A stretch of 64,000 nt of DNA from Octopus sinensis (lineage: Eukaryota). A program made the position numbers and the translations under genes. Within the stretch, counting starts at the first letter, position 1; every line of letters begins with the position of its first letter. The notes under the pieces are model-generated. The model was not told the DNA's origin. It did no database searches and saw only the letters and a program-made list of their open reading frames with translations. The stretch is taken from the NCBI RefSeq assembly GCF_006345805.1, contig NC_042999.1:62744001-62808000 (forward strand). Direction: 5' to 3'. Positions 36,175-50,610 of this stretch are shown piece after piece.

Positions 36175-39100
36175 GTTTGTATTGTTCGATATATATGTAC
36201 ATACACTATATACATCCGTGAATAGTCTCTCTTTTCTTCGTCCAAGGTCAATTTATTATGTGGGCGAATCATACATAGATACAATCATTGTATTGGATGC
36301 TATACAACGAATATATATATATAGATAGATAGATTTAAAATGAGGATGAGAAATTAGATATTAATTAAATTAACATCGATTTCACACCAGTGGTCTAACA
36401 TATAAAAAAACTGAAGGTTCAGTAAAATTATTGTGTATTAGCCAATTCTGTCTAAATAACAATTGCTTATGTTTTCTGAACAAGGTATAATTTTTCTTCT
36501 TTAAATCATTCAAATGTTTCAGTAATTTGTTTACAAATGTATGCCCGCATTCACCTCTAACGCTCAGCTCTACCGTCGCACTAATTTTATATATACATCC
36601 ACAGGTGTGTAACACCCTTTTGTTTGAATATGCATAGTTCAAACTTTCTTTTGTAGCCCTTGTACATACCCTTAGTTGTCTAAATGAATGGTTACTATGA
36701 ACACTGTCTGTTAATTTCCGTTATGATGGTCTTTGCTAAAACATTTACTTAAAATGACCTCCAGCTAGCTATAAGTTGCATTGTCAAACGCAAATAAACC
36801 CAGCTTAGCATTGAAAATGATTTTGCTTTGACATTTTTTAAAGCTAAACTAGCTTGTAAATATATATATATATTGATTTGTTACATTCATACTTATAATC
36901 TTTACCAATAAGACATATGTATCGATAAACAATAGTAATGTCATTACTAATGCCTTGGAGAACGAGAAACGTTGTGGCTTTTCCTAAGGCTCTTCAGTGA
37001 CACGACTGGAAATCGAAACCACATCGCGAGTTCTGTATGACAATTACCGTGAAGAGGGTTTCGTTTATTAGCTTGAGAGATAATCTTTAAAAGTGAGCGA
37101 AGGGACAAAATTTCGTCTCATTCATTTAAAAATTCGAATGTAATTTTAGTATGTATTAATCTCAAGGTGCAATACTTGGTTAGTTATCTTTTTAATTAAT
37201 TCAGTCGACTAAATAAAATTATTACCAGGGTCCAGAAGCAGTAAGTATCCATTACAAACCAATTGCCCTGTTAGCTATTATAATTGGTTTACAATATAGC
37301 ATTCATTCCTCAAATTTGTAGAAAGGTGATTTGCACGATGTACATGACTTTCCCAAGGACATTCTCGTATTAATATGATATAGGATAACAGACAACTCTT
37401 ATAGTTTAAAAAGGAAATTAATTAATATTTTCGTAAGATCAGATAGTGAAGACATTATATGTGAACGTTAACCCTCAAAATGTTAAGTCTTTACAATTTG
37501 TAGAGTATTTTTTATTGTATTATATAAACTTAGCACGCAATCTCCAAATGCTTTAACCTGAGAGATTCGTTTTGACCACATTCGTCTATCATTTTCCTTT
37601 TCTATGATTAAAAAAAAAATTTGTAATAGCTACTTGATTATTTAGTTACACCTATTTACATTGCACAAATAATTATGTGATGTGTGATAGGTTTACGAAC
37701 TAATTTCTTCCTCGTAATAAATTTCGCTGATAAAATAACTTTGATTGAGGTTGATTGTGTAACCTCTGAAATTATATTCAGTAAATTTTCAATTTACCTT
37801 ATATTCTATAGCCATTCATTTTGAAATTCAAAGTCTTTCTTTTAATATTTAACTGGTTTTAGTCATGAGACTGTAACCATGCTGTGAGATTGTCTTTAAT
37901 GTTACAATAAATTATATCGACCTTAGTACTTGGGCGTGATTTGAACTCGGAACGTAAAGGGGCATAAATACTACACAGTATTTTGTCTGTCACTTTGGAT
38001 CCGACATAATCTTAATTCAGCGTGTTTGACACTGATGATATATTATTTGCGTACTTCGTTACTTTTTTTCTGTCTTCCAATTGTGACCATGCTGGGGCAC
38101 TTACCATGAGGTTCGCTTTGGCTGCTCTTCTCTGTATTTGGTGCTGCAATGTTGAGTCATCCGGAATGTGCTGTAAAAAGAGCTGCGGTGTTTTGAATCA
38201 TAGGATATTGCCCTATGTAGTCCCTAATTGCGAGGGATAGAGTGGAGTTCTTAGGATTTTGCAGTGGTTACTGTTTCTAATTCCACAGTCATTTTGAAGT
38301 TGATGTGATCATAATTAGGAGGGATAATTTGGATACCTGAGAACAAGGGCCTTGTACAAAACTAGCATAATTTTTTCCCATGTAAATATTCTTAAAATCC
38401 ATCATAAGCTTGAAACTATAATTCTGTACTAAAATACCAACATCATCATTTAACGTTCGGTTTCCATGCTGGCATGGGTTGGACGATTTGATAGTAGCTG
38501 GTAAGGCCAGGGGCCACACCAGTCTTTATTGTTTGTTTTGGCATGGTTTCTTTGGCAGGATGCCCTTCCTAACGTCAATGATTTTACATAGTGTACTGGG
38601 TGCTTTTTATGTGGTACCAGCACCAGTGCTTTTTATATGGCACCAACATAAGAAAACAAAAACACTAAAAACCATGAAGTTATATCCTCATGATGACTAC
38701 TTTTCTTTGCTAGCACGGGTTGCATGAGGCTTCTTGAAGAACTGTTCTATGTTTGGATGCACTTTGAGTTTTGAATCAATATTAAAATAAATTAGAAAAG
38801 TTAATTGATGATGCAGGTTTGTATTCTGGATCAGATGGGATGGTAACTGAATTGACAAACACGCTTCATCATTTGGATGGAGGTGAGCATATAGTTATAG
38901 GAGATGAGTTGGTTGGAAAGGTTGGTTGTGAATTGTATCCTTAACAAGTGGATTAGAACAGTGATTTTATTATAATGGAATCAATTCGAAACCCTTAAAT
39001 ATTTTAACAATGCAGTGGCCAGTGGTATAGCAGATTTTCTCCAAGCTTGTCCAATCAGAATGAATTTCCTTTTTTGTTTCCTTTTTAATGCAAATGCTAT

Positions 39101-40371
39101 TAGCTAAGAAGGTCCGTGCATTTGATGTTAACTGATTACTAGTTTTTTTCTGAAAAATGAACCTCAATGGCATATATTTGGCAGGCCACACTTCTGTATC
39201 ACAAAAATAAGACTAGGGAACCAACCTTACATTTGACGGTCTTTGCAAAAGACTTACATTTCACAAGTTAATTATGAATCAAATGACATATATATATGAC
39301 CAGAATGTACAATATATACAGACAGACAAAATAAGTATGCAACTATCAGTAGCTGTTACTCTCTACAGTGTTTGATGCAGTCTATGGTTAGGATTTGATT
39401 TGATGAGTATCATTTGTCCTGTCTAGTGCGCAACTGAAGGTTGACTGACTTTAGCCCAGAGTCATTTGATACATTTCTATCCTACGATTTGTGGGTATAT
39501 ATAAGTATATATATATATATGCATTATTTTCCATGGGATGAATTTTTCAAACGTCTAGAGAATACATTGGAGTATTTCTTCTGGTTCTTTACTTTCTGAG
39601 TTCAAATTAGCAAAGAAAATATGGGGTCTTTTGTTACAGAGGACATAATTGTTCTAGAGTTAATGTCACAGTATAATGCACCCAGTACACTCTTCAAAAT
39701 GGTTGCTGGTAGGAAGGGCATCCAGCCATAGAAACCTGATTAAAAGGAAACAGCACTTGTATGTGTGGACAGTAATTTCCTATAAGAATTGACTTGGACC
39801 ATGTTAACTTGGCCTGCATGGAAAATAGATGTAAAAATGATATATGCTTTCAGGCACAGTGAAACTCATTAACATATGCTTACATTTGACCACACAAAAG
39901 CTGACAAAGTAGAAAGTAAAAAAAATTAAGGACGTAAGATAGTACTTATAGCTTTGCAGATGGGTGCAACTACTGCCACTTAAATATGTGCATATGCACA
40001 TGCTCACAAATATATACATGTATTGATATATGTGTGCATAAATATTCATACACATGGACTCAATTAAGTATAGACCTAGAGTTGGCAAATGAGGAGATGG
40101 CTTTTGAAAGGTGGAAGGAGAAAGCGAAATGCTGCAAGGGAAAACTGGTTTGGAAGTCAAAAGAATTGCGTTGGTGTTGTTTGTCTTGGGCATAACACAT
40201 TATCAGCAGTGAGGTTTGAAGTTAAAGCTGTGGCTCCTTACCTAGCACTGTAATCTTAGTCATTGTGCTATGGAAACTAATGTAAAGTGATGATAATTCT
40301 ACACCATCCAACCCCTGCCAGCATGGACAACAGACATTAAGTGATGATGACAATGATATATATATATATAT

Positions 40372-41568
40372 TGGGTCCCATAAATAATGTGTTTTTTTTA
40401 TACTTCTTTTATTTTTCAAAATTAAGATTAAGTTCTTTATCTAAAATATACTCTTTCATTTTCTACAATGTTCTCCTGTTTATCTGGTAGATTTGCAAGG
40501 CCCCTCTTCCAAAATTCACTTGTTTGGATGTACTGTTCTGACCTCATCTACAGAATTCATATTTTTTTTCCATCCAAATGATTTTGAAGACTGCAGAATA
40601 AATGATAATCAGATGGAGCAATGTCTGGTAAATGTGGCTGAGCATTATCCTGATGGAAGAACACCTTTTGTCTTGAAACCAAAGATAGTCATTTTCCTTC
40701 CAGTATTCACTTAAGCCACTCAAGCTGCTCGTAGTAGATCTCCTTTGTTATTGTTTGGTTTGGGTTTAAAAGTTTGAAGTGGACTAAACCTTCCCTATCC
40801 CACCAAACCAATAACAACACCTTTTGTGAATAAAGACCTTCTTTAGCCTGGGGTTTCACTGTTTCTCCTTTCCCCACCCACTGCTTTTGGTGCTTGACAT
40901 TTTTATAGAGAACCCATTTCTCATCTCATCACCAGTCACTATTCAGTCCAAAAAGCGTACAATCGTGAGACATGACAGCAAAGAAGAGCACACATTCACT
41001 CTCTGCATGCGATTAGACTCAGAAAGTTTGTGAGGAATCTATTGACCCAATTTGCTGCTTTTTCCTATGGCACGCAGGTGTCGATGAATGGTTGAATGAC
41101 CAAATCCAAGCTTCTCTGCTAGTTCCTCAACAGTTATGATGGAATTTTGTTCCACCAGAGTTTGCAGGACGTCCTCGTCGAGCTCTACAGATCTTCCAGG
41201 ATGAAGCTTGTCTTTTAGGCTGCAGTTTCTGGCTCAGAATTTCTGGAATCAATGTTGGCACTGGCTTATGCTTATTGTCCAATTCCCATATACTGCATTA
41301 ATATTCTTCGCACTTTCCCTTGCGTTGTTGCCCTTATTGAACTCATATAGCAAAATATGCCGAATATGCTTTTGTATTACTTCCATTATAGCTTTGAAAA
41401 ATAACTGTTAAAATCAAACTGCACTCTTCAAAACTTGCACTAAGAATAAGGACAAGGTAAAATTACTACCTGCTTTTATAGCAGGTTGATGCAGGTAGTT
41501 TATCCTTTCCCCCTCCAACTTTTAGTTCATGCAATTGGAAAAACTGCATTATTTATGGGATGACCTTG
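40372..41568 (-). mobile_element. Decayed, internally deleted mariner with both TIRs (PDHA intron 1)
   Basis: TIRs GGTCCCATAAATAATG / CATTATTTATGGGATGACC; the interior matches the 28800 and 32334 fragments. Confidence 0.8.
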
Positions 41569-42033
41569 TGTGTGTATGTATTACGTGAGAGTGTGTGTAA
41601 ATGTGTGTATGTTTGTCTGACATTATTTGATTCTTATAAATGAATGCCATTCATTTTCAATGTTCTGTGAAAGCATGTCTGGCCAGAAGGAAATATTACC
41701 TTGTTTGGAAATAGGTAAGGGTTGGCATCTGGAAGGGCATCCAAATGTAGAAAAATCTGCTTCAGTAAACTCCATCTGATTCATAGCAAGCATGGAAAAG
41801 TAGACATTAAGATGATGATGATGATAATACAAGAGGATGACCTAGCAGTCCTAAAAATTATACTTTCCGATCATGCTTTTAAGATCATTAGTAATATAAG
41901 CGAAGTGAAATAAGAACTGATAATAATAAAATGGGTCAAGGTTTTGTCTTGTTGAGTGTTTACTTTTTATTCTACCAGTGATTGCCATATTATGTGCTTG
42001 TGTTTATATTGCATTTTTCTTTGTTCTTTTTAG

Positions 42034-42105
42034 TTCCAAGGAATTCTTGGAGTTGCCTTGCGTTTTTCATCTTCTCTGGCTGACGAGGCGACATTTGACC
42101 TCCAG
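42034..42105 (+). CDS. PDHA1: PDHA exon 2 (72 nt)
   Basis: tttttag|FQGILGVALRFSSSLADEATFDLQ|gttagt; ADEATFDL corresponds to human ANDATFEI. Confidence 0.88.
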
Positions 42106-42133
42106 GTTAGTTAACTATATATATATATATATA

Positions 42134-42343
42134 TTGGCCAGAATCGCCATGTTGAATTGCTAGCTTCTGCACGCATTTTTTTTTTCTCTCCTTGTTTCTT
42201 TTCTGTGTATCTTTCAGTTGAAGAGCGTAGGCTCGAAACGTAAAAGACTTGTTTTATTTATATTCCTGAGCGCCATACTAATACAATTGTTTGTTTGTAC
42301 TCCACCTGCCTTCGTCTTTTGTTTATTTTCATAAAGCTTACCG

Positions 42344-42345
<2 letters not shown>
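42134..42345 (+). mobile_element. HH-b mini-element in sense orientation, 28 nt downstream of the PDHA exon 2 donor
   Basis: CTTT CAGTTGA A GAGC gtag GCTC GAA ACGT A AAAG at 42211-42246, flanked by (TA)n. Confidence 0.8.
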
Positions 42346-42404
<59 letters not shown>

Positions 42405-43771
42405 AGGGAGAAAGAGAGAGAGAAACTGATTGACAACTGAGAGGAAAAACTTACTCATGCATAAGCCGAGGCTTTCTTTCAACACTGTTCAGAGTTTTGC
42501 TTATTTTTCAAGGTGGTTTTTTTTTTGTGTGTGTGTGTGTGTGTGTATATATATGTGTACATTCATATATGTATTTATATTATATATATGAGCAAGTGAA
42601 GTAAGTAGGTAATACAAATGAGGTAGGAGTGCAGTCTGCTTCCACCTTAGTAGACTGGCAGCATATTACAATCACTACAGGAAGAATCAAATTCTTGCTC
42701 AAATCGTTAGTCTTGCACTTATTGTGATTTATAGAAAAATATTTGAAACAATAAACAGGACCAGTCAGTTATTTAAACTCATTTTTTTTTTTTTTACTTT
42801 CTGTGAGGTTAGTGAAATATGTATATCATTGCAGTAAACCTCTGTAAATGCTAACTTACCATTGAAAATTTGCTGATATAATTTGGCAAATACCAAGAAA
42901 AGTTAAGTAGTTTGCTTTACAACTACCTGCTTTCAGGTTGTGCAGTCACTTGGGCATGCATTTTCTACCATTAACTTTGATTATGCCTTATGTGTGGAAT
43001 CTGGTATACATAAACTGTTTGAAAGCACATGATATACTGTATCTGACAGCATAAAAAATGCATTGTCATATTAGATACACTCCAATATCAGCAGCACATA
43101 TTCATGAAAATGAGCATCAGGAACAAAATTAGCTTGCAGAAGGCCCAACTTGGCATATAGGACCTGGGGGAATTTTTTGGAGGCATTGTTTTGAGGGGAA
43201 AAGTATGTCTTATATGCCATCAAATATGGTATATATTTCTATTTATATTGGTAAAAGATATAAACTTTAATAAGAAGACTAGTGCTTTTTGTATGAGAAT
43301 TCTCTGTTCTGCCTAAGTCAGGGGGATGTCTCCTTGTCACTCTTGCCATCATAAATACTGCAAATCAGTGAAAATTTGCCCATTAAAAACCTGCAACCAA
43401 TTGTGCTGTTGTTTACATAATGCAATATAAAATACCATTGCAAATAAGCATGACTACTCCTATAGTGTACAGTGTTTGTAAGAGTGGACTCTCCACACAT
43501 CACATCTAATTTATGATTTTTTTACATTTCCCTCTCATTTATTGTCACAAATTAGAGATGCTTAAAGATTCAGATATTTGCATGATTAGAATGATATTTC
43601 CTAATGCCAACTCTCCAAGTATGAATCTCATAAGCATTCTATTTTATTTAAGGACACTAGTGTTTGAAATTGCAGGTCATTGGTCTTATATTTCTTTTCT
43701 AAAAAAAAATTACTTATGAAATGAATTTTACTGTGTGAACATTATCAAGAAATGCATATTTCTTTTTACAG

Positions 43772-43945
43772 CCATTCAAACTCCACAAACTTGAATCAGG
43801 ACCGTCAACAACAGCCACTCTCACTCGAGATGATGCCCTCACTTACTATAAACAAATGCAGGTTATCCGACGAATGGAGACAGCTGCCGGCAACCTCTAC
43901 AAGTCTAAAATTATTCGTGGATTCTGTCATTTGTACTCTGGACAG
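43772..43945 (+). CDS. PDHA1: PDHA exon 3 (174 nt)
   Basis: tttacag|PFKLHKLESGPSTTATLTRDDALTYYKQMQVIRRMETAAGNLYKSKIIRGFCHLYSGQ|gtaacc. Confidence 0.97.
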
Positions 43946-45480
43946 GTAACCATAATGTTGTGTATTGTCAAAAATTCAAATAACACTAAAGGTTAATAGG
44001 TGATACAGTGGCTTTTATCTGCAATACTTACTTTTGGCTGTTGCTTTATGATGCTTTTTTTATGTTATATTAACTTTGTTGTTAATAATTATGTAATGCC
44101 TCCACAGGGTATATAAATGAATTAATTCTATGTAAGAAGAAGTGAAAAAAAGGAAACAACTCTTAAACTGTTATATAAAAAGTAGAAAGAAAATGACTGG
44201 TGAGGTGGAAAGAAGAGAAGTGGCAGTATACAGGAAGCATGTAGAAGTAAACTCCATTTAATGTGCAATATGCATTAGGTTGATTTGTTGAAAATGTAGT
44301 GGTGTGAGAATGTTAGTTATGTGGAAGCTAGATTTATGTGTAAGTTGTGTATGGAGGAGCTGCAGATGAAGATAATGTTGAGCTGGAAGGCGGCGAGCTG
44401 GCAGAATCGTTAGCACGCCGGGTGAAATGCTTAGCAGTATTTCGTCTGCCGCTGCATTCTGAAGTTCAAATTCCACCGAGGTCGACTTTGCCTTTCGTCC
44501 TTGATAAATTAAGTAACACTTGCGTACAGGGGTTGATCTAATTGATTGGTCTCCTCCCCCCAAATTTCAGGCCTTGTGCCTAGAGTAGAAAATAATGTTG
44601 AGCTGGATCATGGTAGTAATGGAGAGAAAATATTTTGTTACTTTGGAGACATGTTAAATGGAGAAGGTGGATCAAACTTAGCAACAGTGGCTAGAGTGAG
44701 CTAGCTATGTATGGAAGAAATTTCAGAAACTGAAAAATATTCTAAAGGAATTGTTGTTGAAGCTGAAGTATGCTGCATGTGTCAGAAGTGTTGTGAGTTA
44801 TGAATGTAGAGCAGTAGAAACGACTGGAAAGAATGGAGGTGATTATTGCTAAAAGAGAAGATAGCCAACATTGAATTGCAAAGAATTCTAGGGATGGAGC
44901 CAATGATAGATGTTATGAAAAGAGATGGCTGAGGAAGGATGAAAGTATCTGGGTATGAAGAGTAATGGAAATTAATGTGGAAGGAAGCAAAGGAGATGTG
45001 ACTAAAGATGATAGAAGAAGGGCAAGGACATTGGTGAGGAGAGGTGTAGAAGATAGAGCTTAATGGGAAAAGCTATCACGGGGATTGCAACTTTTATTCA
45101 ATCAGGTAAAATAACCCTAGAATACCCATTGCCATATTCACTTGTCACTCCACCCCCTTTTTTTTTTAAACAGGGTGATATTGTTGTTTCTTTTTTTTTT
45201 TCTGAAGAAAATAAGTAAATTTTAGGAAAGAAATAAACCTGATTCTCAACTGAGAATTAAACCATGAAATTAGTCATCATTAATGTTGATTATAATCAGC
45301 CTTTTGCTGTTGGATGGTTTCATCCTAACCAAAACGTCACTGACATGAAAGATGGTGTGTCTCAGATGTAGAAATACATTTACATATATATATTTAGCCA
45401 TGTTGTGAAATAATTTTTTGAATTACACACACACACACACACATATATATATACACGAACTGTAACTCTCAATATTTCAG

Positions 45481-45607
45481 GAAGCTTGCTGTGTTGGGAT
45501 GGAAAGTGCTATTGAGAGGGACGACCCAGTTATTACAGCCTATCGAGCTCATGGTTGGACCTATATGAGGGGAGTCTCTTTGGTGGGAGTACTGTCAGAA
45601 CTCACAG
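45481..45607 (+). CDS. PDHA1: PDHA exon 4 (127 nt)
   Basis: tttcag|[42 protein letters not shown] g|gtttga. Confidence 0.97.
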
Positions 45608-45921
45608 GTTTGATTCCTTTTACTTCCTATTTTTAATGATTTAAAAAGTTCTGCCATGAAATTGTGTTGTCTGTCATGGAAAGAAGTGTCTCTTTCACTC
45701 TCTACTTTTGAAATATATAGGAGATAAGCTGTGGAACTTAATCTGCAACGATTTTTCTTTGTTGACACTAATGGTAGCCCTTGTCTTCTGTAATCTTTTC
45801 AGTCTCTCAAGAGGAACTTTTGTTTAATTATCTGAAGTAGAATCCATACAAGATTGGATGATTTAGTGCAGTTAATGTTTACTTTGCATTAATTCATGTT
45901 CAATTGGTCAATGCAATTTAT

Positions 45922-46330
45922 GGCGGTGAGCTGGCAGAATCATTAGCACACCAGGCGAAATGCTTAGCGGTATTTCGTCTGCCATTACATTCTGAGTTCA
46001 AATTCCACTAAGGTCGACTTTACCTTTCATCCTTTCGGGGTCGATTAAATAAGTACAAGTTATGCACTGGGGTCAATATAATCGACTTAATCCGTTTGTC
46101 TGTCCTTGCTTGTCCTCTCTGTGTTTAGCCCCTTGTGAGTAGTAAAGAAAGGTATTTCATCTGCCATTACGTTCTGACTTCAAATTCTGCCGAGGCCGAC
46201 TTAGCCTTTCATCCTTTCGGGGTTGATCAAATAAGTACCAGTTACGCACTGAGGTCGATGTAATCGACTTAATCCCTTTGTCTGTCCTTGTTTGTCCCTT
46301 CTATGTTTAGTCCCCTGTGTGCAATACAGA
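45922..46330 (+). mobile_element. SINE family C with a tandemly duplicated body
   Basis: One head followed by two GTATTTC.TCTGCC...AGAAA(G/T) body units; a similar tandem lies at 62990-63368 (-). Confidence 0.8.
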
Positions 46331-46537
46331 AATATATATTTCTTTTTTACTCAGCTTTGTAACTTAAGTGTGTACATTTTAAAAACATTTTATAGCTTTA
46401 TTAAAGGAGAAAGGACAGCACTTATGATCTTTGAAGAGGAAGGGATAAACTACTCATGGGTTACAGCTGAATGCAGCAACACATAAAAACATCCAGTTCT
46501 CCAGAAACTTGGTCCCACTCAAAGATATAAATCTCTT

Positions 46538-46800
46538 ATGACTCGAGTGTGGACATATTCTATGACTTGAGTACATTCATGACTCAAGTGGACACATTTC
46601 ATGACACAAATGCATATATTTTGTGACTTGAGTGTGCAAAGATTTCATATCTCTAGGTGTGCACATTTCATTGTTAAATTGTGCACACGTTTTTGGCTTG
46701 AATATATTTTATCATATTCTATGATTCAAGTGTACATATTTTAACTCATCTACACACATTTTGTGGCTCAAGTATACACATTTTTTGATGGATTGTGCAC
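46538..46800. repeat. Degenerate minisatellite, about 22 bp unit, about 11 copies (PDHA intron 4)
   Basis: Units such as ATGACTCGAGTGTGGACATATTCT, ATGACTCAAGTGGACACATTTC and GTGACTTGAGTGTGCAAAGATTTC. Confidence 0.7.
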
Positions 46801-46875
46801 ACACTTGAAGATTGTTGATCTCTCATAATACTGTGGTTGTCTTAATTCTCACTGTGATCTTTTATTGTAATGCAG

Positions 46876-46967
46876 GACGCAAAACGGGTTGCGCTCAAGG
46901 CAAAGGTGGTTCTATGCACATGTACAATTATAATTTCTTTGGTGGAAATGGCATTGTAGGAGCTCAG
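46876..46967 (+). CDS. PDHA1: PDHA exon 5 (92 nt)
   Basis: tgcag|(G)[30 protein letters not shown]|gtaaat. Confidence 0.97.
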
Positions 46968-47361
46968 GTAAATATTTTCTCATTTTGTGGCCCCTTTAAC
47001 TTTATCAAGCTTGTGTGACTTGGATGATTTTGGGGATCTTTTCGCTTTGACCAGCAGATTTTTAAAATAATTTCTTTGTAACTAAACACTTTTAAACTTC
47101 GTATACTGGTAGAATGTGTTTATAAAACATCTTTTTCTCTTGGCTTTCTTCAGAAAATTCTGTAGTTTGTAAGCTATTTGTTGTTTAATTTTTTGCATTT
47201 TGGCAATTTCAACTAATCATTGATTAGGCTCTCTGCCTAAATCAGAAATCACCATTATTGTCATTCCATACCATTCCTCTCTCAGGCATGCTCTTCTTTT
47301 CTTTCTTGCTCTTGTTTTCTACCATTTAGTTTCTGACCATCATTCCACTCTATTTCTCTAG

Positions 47362-47610
47362 GTGCCATTAGGAGCTGGCATTGGTTTTGCCCTGAAGTAC
47401 CAGAAGAAACCTAATATTGTTGTAGCTCTGTATGGAGATGGTGCTGCCAACCAAGGGCAATTGTTTGAGACCTATAACCTGGCTAAGTTGTGGAATATTC
47501 CTATAATTTTCGTGTGTGAGAACAATGGATATGGAATGGGTACAAGTGTTGATCGAGCAGCTGCCTCAACTGATTACTACACTCGAGGGGATTATGTCCC
47601 TGGCATTTGG
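47362..47610 (+). CDS. PDHA1: PDHA exon 6 (249 nt), TPP-binding motif
   Basis: [12 protein letters not shown]...[60 protein letters not shown]|gtgagt; contains the GDG-x-NN motif. Confidence 0.98.
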
Positions 47611-47892
47611 GTGAGTAAAATTTGGTAACATCTCGAATATTTATACGCATTCTATTCTTATCTGAAATTTAAAAACAAATTATTGTAATTATCATTCAGT
47701 CAGAAGGAAGAGTGACACTCATTATATTTTGAGGGGCCTCTGAAAGATATAAACTAAAATTCATTAATTTCTACAATAGGAAGTAGCACATTAAGGTAGA
47801 GTATCTCCAAGCTGGAGCTCTAATCTGGAAGTTTGCAAGAGAGTGAACACCACTGAAAGCATCCAAGAGCCAAGTAGTGCTGGTTATATTAA

Positions 47893-48431
47893 CCCTTTCA
47901 TTACCAACCCAGCTGAAACTGGCTCTGTAATAAAAATGTCTTGTTTTCATAAGTTTTTAATTAAAACCTTCCACCAAACCTTAGTCACAATTACTGTTCC
48001 TATCACTAGCTTAATGATAACTAAGTTATTTTACAAAATTCTTTGTCATATCTAAAGTAATTGAGAGAAACACAGAGCATCATCATCATCATCATTTAAT
48101 GTCGGCTTTCCATGCTAGCATGGGTTGGATGGTTCGACCGGAGTCTGGTAAGCCATGGAGGCTGCACCAAGCTCCAGTCTGATTTGGCAGTGTTTCTACA
48201 GTTGGATGCCCTTCCTAACGCCAACCACTCCATGAGTGTAGTGGGTGTTTTTTTACATGCCACCAGCACAGGGGCCAGAGCAGGCTGGCAAACGGCCACG
48301 ATCGGTTGGTGCTTTTACATGTCACTGACACGGACGCCAGTCAGGTGGCGCTGGCATCTGCCATGTTTGGACGGTGCTTTTTACATGTCACCGGCACGGG
48401 TGTCCTCAAAATAAATACAGTAACAAAAGGG
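47893..48431. mobile_element. piggyBac-type MITE (TTAA duplication) interrupted by an RTE 3' copy at about 48080-48405
   Basis: TTAA|CCCTTTCATTAC ... GTAACAAAAGGG|TTAA; same family as 58116-58303. Confidence 0.75.
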
Positions 48432-50610
48432 TTAAACTAGATGATCATGTTAAACCAAATTATGGAGTATGACTATCACCAAAGAACCGGTAAGGTCCAC
48501 ATGACAGGCTCTTGCATAGTTTCTATTAATTCAGTTTTACTTCCTAGTATGAAGGCTTTGGTATGAGACACTTGATGTATCTACAATGGTGTAAGACCCA
48601 GAACCATATAGTCATAAAACAAACTTTTAACTATATAGCAATACCTGCTCTTCTGTATCCAGTGCAGTTTACTGTGCATGTATATGCACTCTGTTCTTGT
48701 TTGTATTAATATCCAGTACAGTTGACCTCCTTATCATTATTCTTTTTCATTTAACATATCCAACCATGAAATAATTAGGTGTCTCTGTTTTGTTCACATT
48801 TGTTTCCTTGATTGATTACCTGCTTAAGTATCTTTTCTACTTCAGTAATTATTGACCCTTAAAAGCTCAAATTTTGTTTTATATTGTTTACAAGTCTTTT
48901 ATATTAATGAGGTGCCTGCACAGCTGTGTGTTTAAGTTCACTTTACTACAACCACATGGTTTTGGTTTCAGTACTGTTGCATAGCATCTTGGGCAAATGT
49001 CTTCTACAGCCTTGGATTAATGAAAACCTCGTAATTTGATTTTGTTAGATGGAAACTGAAACCTGCCATATATACATATGTGTATATAAATAGGTGTGTG
49101 TATGTTTCCTTGTGTTTATGTTGTGCGCTAATTGTAAACAAACCTTGTTGTGATACAACTGGTGTTTTTTGTTTGCAATCTTCCATGTAAACACATCCAG
49201 CTATTGTGTTTGTATTTGAAGGACTAGGGTAAATATCACCTTACTTGGAAATAGGTGAGGGTTGGCAACAGGAAGACCACCAGCTGTAGAAAATCTGCTT
49301 CAACAAATTTCATCTGACCCATGCTTACCTTGCTTATGACAGCCCTTGATGACAGTGTCAGTCCAGGACATTTATTCTTCTCTGCCTCCAACACATTGTT
49401 TCTCATGGAAGTGGATGTAGCCGATAACATATGAGATAGGCAGATCCTGTGGCACTGAGGGCACTGAAATTGACCCCAAACAACAGCCACAGGGGCTTGA
49501 TGATAATGTCTCTTCCTCTGTTCATGCAGTCGTTCGGTTTCAAAGCTCTCTGCTCCAGCATCACATACAGACGTTTATGTCCTCCGATTAACAGCTAGGG
49601 GCTCCAACCGATTGGGAGGGACTCTACGTAAAGTGAGAGGCCCCTTGAGATGATCATGAAAACAAAGTTTTGGATGCCCAGAAGAGGACCTTATTTGGGA
49701 GCCAAGTTACCTGACATCTGAATCACAAGGTCAACTCAGTAGAGATGATGATGAAAGATGTGAGCATGGAAAATTGGAAATTAAAATAATTATAAAGCAA
49801 AATAGGAATATTCTTTTATTTATTTTGTTGGTTTTTGGGAGAGCTTTTTGTTTTGCTCTTTAGTAAGTTATTTGGATATTAATTACATGACCTAGTTTAC
49901 TATTTCAACATTCCATATGTTGGTATGCTACAAATTGAGGTGTGGGTGTGTGCAAGAAGGAATAGAAATGTTTGTGATATGTGTTAGGTGGCCAAAAAGA
50001 ATAAGAAGAAAGTAGAAACGTGAAAGGGTTGAGTGAGAAACAGGATGGAACATGCTAAGCTAATACAAGAGAGAAACAGTGTGCGAAAGCAATACAATAT
50101 TTTTCAGAAATTTGTGGCTATAATGTTAATTAGTAATATATAATATATTCAAATGTTAACGAGTGCACAGAGATGGAGACAACCATTTATGTTTTCATTT
50201 GATAGGTGCAGGCATGGATGTGCAGTAAGCAGTTTGCTTCCCAAGCATATAAGTCAAGGTTCAATCCCATTGTGTGGCACCTTTGACCAAAGCCTTGTGA
50301 ATGGATTTGGTAGATATATTACATTTAATGTGGTTTTAGAGTCAAGTTTTGGCTGCTATTTCCAGTGTGGTGGTATCTCATAGATACTCTAAATTATAAT
50401 TTTAATGATAATTATTATCTTTGAAGGTTTTTATTCCCATGCTGGCCACCTGAGAAGATCAATATTTAAATAACGATCTTATCCTTATTTATATAAATTT
50501 AATTAAATATATATATATATAAATAATAAATATTAGGGAATAAATCCAAATTTACAGGGAAAAAATCAGATTTAGGATTAAATCCAATTTTATAGTAAAA
50601 TATTATATAA

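Noticed and set aside
37205-37240. 36 nt exon-like segment (RLNKIITRVQK, donor GCA|GTAAGT) as a PDHA exon
   Set aside because: The open frame is phase 2-2, incompatible with the phase-0 neighbours, and the phase-0 frame has a stop.
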